In this document: piece after piece, positions 63,725 to 64,000 of the stretch | Layout of the letters: each line of letters opens with the position of its first letter | How positions within the stretch are numbered: the stretch's first letter is position 1 | Assembly: GCA_047495785.1 (NCBI GenBank) | Contig: JBLDXI010000015.1 | Location: forward strand, 1,116,001 to 1,180,000 | Direction of reading: 5' to 3' | DNA: 64,000 nucleotides | Origin: Lepidodermella squamata | Taxonomy: Eukaryota > Animalia > Gastrotricha | Made by a program: the position numbers and the translations under genes | Notes under the pieces: model-generated | Database searches by the model: none | Told to the model about the DNA's origin: nothing | The model's input: only the letters and a program-made list of their open reading frames with translations

Positions 63725-64000
63725 GTATAATAAAGAATTTGCTACGAAACGGGGTCGATTGTTGTTTTTAGGCTCTATTCATAGCTTTTTGAAACAAAAG
63801 CACGTGAAAAAAACGGATTATTTTAAAAGCCTATGTGCGCCCCCCGCCGAGATTTAACTGCTGCTAAAAAATCAGAGATTAATAATTTATCACAGACTAG
63901 CACGCAAAACATATTTGAAACCACCTGCTCTGAGTAAATATTCGCTACTGTGCTGTGAAAAAGCCCTCAATATTTATTCTACGAATCCTTTTTTATAAAA

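Overview
Eukaryotic DNA from a compact animal (invertebrate) genome: about 40% GC, many 45-65 nt GT-AG introns. The taxon cannot be fixed from sequence alone. Left to right: two tail-to-tail C-type lectin gene relics; an intronless GT15 (KRE2/MNT1-like) mannosyltransferase; a fucosyltransferase-like gene with a frame break; a secreted Ser/Gln/Gly repeat protein; three GABA-B-like class C GPCRs with intronless CDSs, interleaved with duplicated relics, a decayed Tc1/mariner carrying nested inserts, and a NEK-like kinase-ankyrin fusion gene; then a tandem array of seven class A GPCRs that all have D-C-F in place of DRY and differ in intron content. The array is interrupted by two papain-family proteases with an unusual signal-4xEGF-I29-furin site-C1A layout, one of them split by a MITE. 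Many short non-autonomous DNA transposons with readable TIRs/TSDs are present. Gene models were assembled by eye and need RNA-seq confirmation.
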